Sequence record: MZ574432.2
Length of the DNA stretch: 64,000 bases
Reading direction: 5' to 3' (one strand)
A program made the translations under genes and the position numbers. Shown piece by piece: positions 60,510 through 64,000 of the stretch; the stretch's first letter is position 1, and each line of letters starts with the position of its first letter. Below the pieces are notes generated by a model. That model searched no databases, was not told the origin of the DNA, and saw only the letters and a list, made by a program, of their open reading frames with translations.

Positions 60510-60562
60510 CTCCTTCTGGGCCTCGGCTAGAAGGGGTGCATCAACAGCCAACGGAGACACCC

Positions 60563-60967
60563 GTGCAGCGCACCATCACCGCCCGCATCATCGAATTGAC
60601 GAGCACCATCGCCAATCCGAGCTACGATCGTCGCTGCCGGTACGGCATCGGCGCGATCGAGAAATACTCGGCGGGTTCGCGGCTGGTGTTCAAGACCCTC
60701 CAGGTCGAAGACGAGCCCACCGAGTACACGATCTGCACGCCGGGCGACGGCCTCAACTGGACCTCCGATCGCAAGATCGTCGACGCGGTCCGCGCGGCCT
60801 CGATCGACGTCGAGCCCCAGTCCTGGATCGAGTGGTGCGCCACGACCGACGAGATCGGGCGCGGCATCGACATGCGGGTCCTGGAAATCCTCTATCACTC
60901 CCACCCCGAGATCGTGAAGTCCGCGCACGCCGACGCCGTCGCCCGCTACGACGAGTTCCAGGACTGA
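60563..60967 (+). CDS. hypothetical protein
   Basis: GTG start behind CGGAGAC RBS. Confidence 0.65.
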   Translation: MQRTITARIIELTSTIANPSYDRRCRYGIGAIEKYSAGSRLVFKTLQVEDEPTEYTICTPGDGLNWTSDRKIVDAVRAASIDVEPQSWIEWCATTDEIGRGIDMRVLEILYHSHPEIVKSAHADAVARYDEFQD

Positions 60968-60968
60968 C

Positions 60969-61340
60969 ATGGCCAAGCAGCGCTGGATCAAGGACCGCTA
61001 TGGCGACAGCCGGCGCGCGCCCATGACGATCAACGACGCCATTGTCGTGATCCTGGAGCACATGCAAAGCTCGGTGGCGGCGCTTGCGCGCACGGACCAT
61101 CGTAGCGTCTATAATCCCCAAGGCCTGCCCGAGAAGTCGATGGCATCGACAAAGGTCTTTGGGGTGCGCTACTGGCAAGCGGCCGAGCGTTTGATCAAGG
61201 AAGGCGCCGTGATCGCGGCCAACGGCAGCCCCGACTGCCGCGACGACTTCCGTAACCCCTTATACATGGTTGCGGGGCCTAACTACGCCAAGGCGGTGAA
61301 AACCTACCTGGGCGATGTTGGCGTGCAAGAAAACTGTTGA
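60969..61340 (+). CDS. hypothetical protein
   Basis: Ends VQENC* inside promoter element. Confidence 0.7.
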   Translation: MAKQRWIKDRYGDSRRAPMTINDAIVVILEHMQSSVAALARTDHRSVYNPQGLPEKSMASTKVFGVRYWQAAERLIKEGAVIAANGSPDCRDDFRNPLYMVAGPNYAKAVKTYLGDVGVQENC

Positions 61341-61342
61341 CT
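61324..61342 (+). promoter_or_regulatory. conserved promoter element
   Basis: TGCAAGAAAACTGTTGACT, 18-nt spacer, TAGGTT. Confidence 0.8.
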
Positions 61343-61393
61343 CACGCGGTCGGCCTAGTCTAGGTTCTAGTTCTCACGAACGAGGAGACCCAG

Positions 61394-62422
61394 ATGGCCA
61401 AGCCCCGCTTTGAAGTTCTCGACGCCCTGCGCGGTGTAGCCGCCATCGCCGTCGTGCTCTACCATCTGGGGCTGGCCACCAAGACGCCCCTGGCCCGTCA
61501 TGGCTGGGTCGCGGTCGACTTCTTCTTCATGCTGAGCGGGTTCATCATCGCTCATGCCTACGACAAGAAGCTGGCCGGGGACCTCACCACCAAGACCTTC
61601 ATGATCGCCCGCCTCAAGCGCCTATGGCCCCTGCATTTGGTAGGCATGGCGCTGGGCCTTATCGCGTACGCCGCCCTGGCTCTGTCGCAGGGCAAGGCCG
61701 ACACCCTGCCGACCTTGACGCTTCTGGCGCTCGCCGGCGCGGTCTTCGCACCCATCGTGGCTCAGGCCGGCGTCACCGCCTTCGTGCTCAATGTGCCGGC
61801 GTGGTCCTTGTTCTACGAGTTGATCGCCAACCTCGCCTACGCGGCCGGTTTCAAGCTGACCAGCAAGCCGGTCCTGGCGGGCCTGTCTATCCTGGGTCTG
61901 CTGGGCATCGGCGCCAACGCCCTGGTCTACGGCATGCTCGATGTGGGCTGGTCCTCGTCGAACCTCGTGGGTGGTCTGGCGCGCATCCTCTTTGCCTTCC
62001 CGCTGGGCGCGCTGATCTATCGCCTCCACGTCGAAGGCCGCTTCAACGCGGTGCGCAAGGTATCGCCGACGATCCTCATCGTCCTCTTCGTTGCGCTGAT
62101 CTGGGCGCCGGCTCAGCACGACACCCTGGTGGACATGCTGGTCATCGCCTTGGTCTTCCCGCCGTTCCTGATCCTGGCCGCCCAGGCGCGCTTTTCCAAG
62201 CCCTCGCCGCTGTTGATCGCGCTGGGTGACCTCTCCTACGCCATCTACGCCACCCACATGCCGACGCTGCTGATCGCTTCGATGATCGCTGGCGCTCTGG
62301 GCGCGCGCGCCTTGACGATCCTCATCTCGATGCCGCTGGTCCTGGTTGTCGCCTGGGTGGCCCAGAAGTGGACGACGCCATCCTGCAAGAAAGCTGTTGA
62401 CACCCGTTTCGCGCGCGCTTAA
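61394..62422 (+). CDS. acyltransferase family 3 (OafA/YrhL-like membrane O-acyltransferase)
   Basis: LDALRGVAAIAVVLYH, VDFFFMLSGF, RLKRLWP, NVPAWSLFYE, LGDLSYAIY..H; about 10 TM. Confidence 0.9.
   Translation: MAKPRFEVLDALRGVAAIAVVLYHLGLATKTPLARHGWVAVDFFFMLSGFIIAHAYDKKLAGDLTTKTFMIARLKRLWPLHLVGMALGLIAYAALALSQGKADTLPTLTLLALAGAVFAPIVAQAGVTAFVLNVPAWSLFYELIANLAYAAGFKLTSKPVLAGLSILGLLGIGANALVYGMLDVGWSSSNLVGGLARILFAFPLGALIYRLHVEGRFNAVRKVSPTILIVLFVALIWAPAQHDTLVDMLVIALVFPPFLILAAQARFSKPSPLLIALGDLSYAIYATHMPTLLIASMIAGALGARALTILISMPLVLVVAWVAQKWTTPSCKKAVDTRFARA
62384..62402 (+). promoter_or_regulatory. conserved promoter element
   Basis: TGCAAGAAAGCTGTTGACA, 17-nt spacer, TAAGAA. Confidence 0.85.
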
Positions 62423-62455
62423 GAAGGGTTCAACAGCAACCGAGGAGCCTAGCGC

Positions 62456-63981
62456 ATGCCGAAGATCATCCACACCGTGACGTTCGCCGACGGCAAGACC
62501 GCAACCCGCGAGTCCGTCAACAAGGCCTACACCCACGTCGTGGTCGGCAAGCACAGCAAGGCCCTGCATCTGCGCCAGCTTGACGAGTACGTGCGTAGCG
62601 ATCGCAGCAACTACAACTATGGCATGGCCAAGAGCCGGGCGACGCCGGGCGTGCCGACCTCCTACCAGTCACTGTCCGAGCGCGAGCGGCCTTACACCTT
62701 CACCTGGAGCGCGGAAGAAATCGCCGACGCCAAGGAAGAAATGGCGCCCTATGCCGACATGGACGCCTATGTTGCGGCCAAACGCGCCCAACGGCTGGAG
62801 GATATCGCCAAGCGCGAAGCCGACGGCTACTACGACATGTGGTGCGCTCTGACCTGGGCCTCGAACCTCACCCTGGCCAGCAAGCAGGTCGGCAAGTGGT
62901 CCAAGACCTTTGATGAGGTCGACATCCTGCCCACCGAGCAGCGCGAAGTGATCCCGCGCAAGAAGAAGGAGGGTTAAGGCGATGAACTTCGAGACCGTCC
63001 TTCGCTTCCTGGCCGCGTGCTGGGCGCTGCAATTGGTCCTGTCGGGCTGGAGTATCAACATCGACCGCACCGAAACCGGCTACCGTGGCTCGCTCGACTA
63101 CAGCTACGGCAACCTGTTCTTCGGTGCGTTCCTGACCGCCTTCGCGGTCCTCGGCTACGGCCTCTTCGGGAAATAATCCATGCCCATGAACACCAAAGAC
63201 TTCCCGAGCGGCGATCAGGTCGCCAGCCTCAAAGCCACCTTCCTGGGCGGCCCCGGCCGGGCGTTCATGTCCACCGACGCCATGACCGAGGCCATGCGCA
63301 AGCTGATCGCCTTCTACGAGGCGACGGCGCCCGTCTCCGTTCCCGGCATCGAAGGCTATCAGATCATCGTCGATGGTCAGATCGTGTTCCTGACTGAAGC
63401 CTCGTGGGCCGAACTGGCCGGCGCGCTGAAGATCAGCCTGGACCATCTGGAGGTGCTGGACGACCAGACCCAGATCATCGCGCGCAGCATTGACAACCTG
63501 CGCAATGGAAGGCCGCCGGTCGGATGAAGAACGCCACCTATTCCCTGGACCGCGAACCGGTCAAAGGCCATCCGCAGTTCTACCTGATCGAGATGGGTCA
63601 CGAGCTTGGCGAGTTCTGGATCAGCGGCTATGTCCGCGCCCGCTCGCCGCAGAAGGCCGTCAAGAAGGCGCGCCGCATCCAGCAGAACACCGGCTGGCCC
63701 TATCTGCGCGTCGCCGCTCTGCCGACCCGCCGCTACGCCTGGGATGACAACGAGGTCGAACCGTGACCTTGCGGCTGAGCAAGCTCAAGCCATCCCTCTG
63801 GAACGGCAATGGCTTCGGCTATAGCGCCGCCATGTGGACCCTGGCCGATCACCCTGGCTGGATCATCACCAAGGTCTATGACTGGGAAGCTCAGCACGAG
63901 GATGGTCGGCGCGTCTCGGCCTTCACCCGCAAAGAGCTTCTGGAGAAGCTGACGCCGATCGTCGAAGGGTCTCCTCAATGA
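62456..63981 (+). other. run of hypothetical CDSs (62456-62977, 62982-63176 membrane, 63180-63527, 63524-63766, 63763-63981)
   Basis: Contiguous coupled ORFs; the next gene starts at 63978 and is truncated by the window end. Confidence 0.7.
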
Positions 63982-64000
63982 AACAGCGTCAGCGCCGCGT

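Larger units (their letters stand above)
1..64000. other. Segment of a large dsDNA phage genome (accessory/early small-gene region), probably phiCbK-like alphaproteobacterial phage
   Basis: Back-to-back short ORFs with overlapping start/stop codons, long single-strand runs, mostly hypothetical proteins, phage-type auxiliary genes and repeated TTGACA promoters; no housekeeping operons. Taxonomic assignment is inference. Confidence 0.85.

Noticed and set aside
391-62402. 19-bp repeat as a CRISPR array or integron attC
   Set aside because: Copies are hundreds to thousands of bases apart, are not palindromic, have promoter geometry, and no cas or integrase gene is present
16801-62456. CtrA (TTAA-N7-TTAA) or alphaproteobacterial LexA (GTTC-N7-GTTC) boxes at the promoters
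   Set aside because: No full match seen in the promoter regions inspected
1-64000. tRNA, rRNA or structured ncRNA genes
   Set aside because: No T-loop/D-loop cloverleaf seen and intergenic gaps are mostly too short; a tRNAscan/Infernal run would be needed to exclude fully
1-64000. Stop-codon reassignment
   Set aside because: Genes tile the window under the standard code and TAA, TAG and TGA all terminate genes at junctions with the next start
1-64000. Rho-independent terminators
   Set aside because: No convincing GC hairpin followed by a U-tract was found by eye between transcription units

Overview
GC-rich, very densely packed accessory (early-type) region of a large lytic bacteriophage. 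It is most consistent with a phiCbK-like Caulobacter/Brevundimonas phage; this is an inference from composition, codon style and gene content, not from a database hit. About 15 genes run leftward (1-6067) and about 120 mostly small genes run rightward (6211-64000), with frequent ATGA/TGATG start-stop overlaps. No capsid, tail, replication, integrase, tRNA, rRNA or CRISPR features were seen. Recognisable functions: an operon of outer-membrane beta-barrel, PnuC, NadR and DUF1937 (NAD precursor import and salvage); CCA-adding enzyme, Thg1-like protein and two Pth2-like proteins (tRNA repair and recycling); HD-domain alarmone-hydrolase-like protein; Nudix hydrolase; HAD 5'-nucleotidase; DEDDh exonuclease; Ntn-peptidase-like protein; ferritin-like protein; acyltransferase-3; Rmf-like peptide. 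The main non-coding signal is about 20 copies of a 19-bp element, TGCAAGAAA(A/G)CTGTTGACA. It ends in a -35 hexamer, is followed 17-18 nt later by only TA(G/A), and almost always abuts or overlaps the stop codon of the preceding gene. Also notable: an apparent -1 frameshift at 16929-16934, a 69-bp in-frame tandem duplication in Pth2, and a paralogous pair of HEMAH-motif proteins. All functional calls come from motif recognition by eye; no searches were run.
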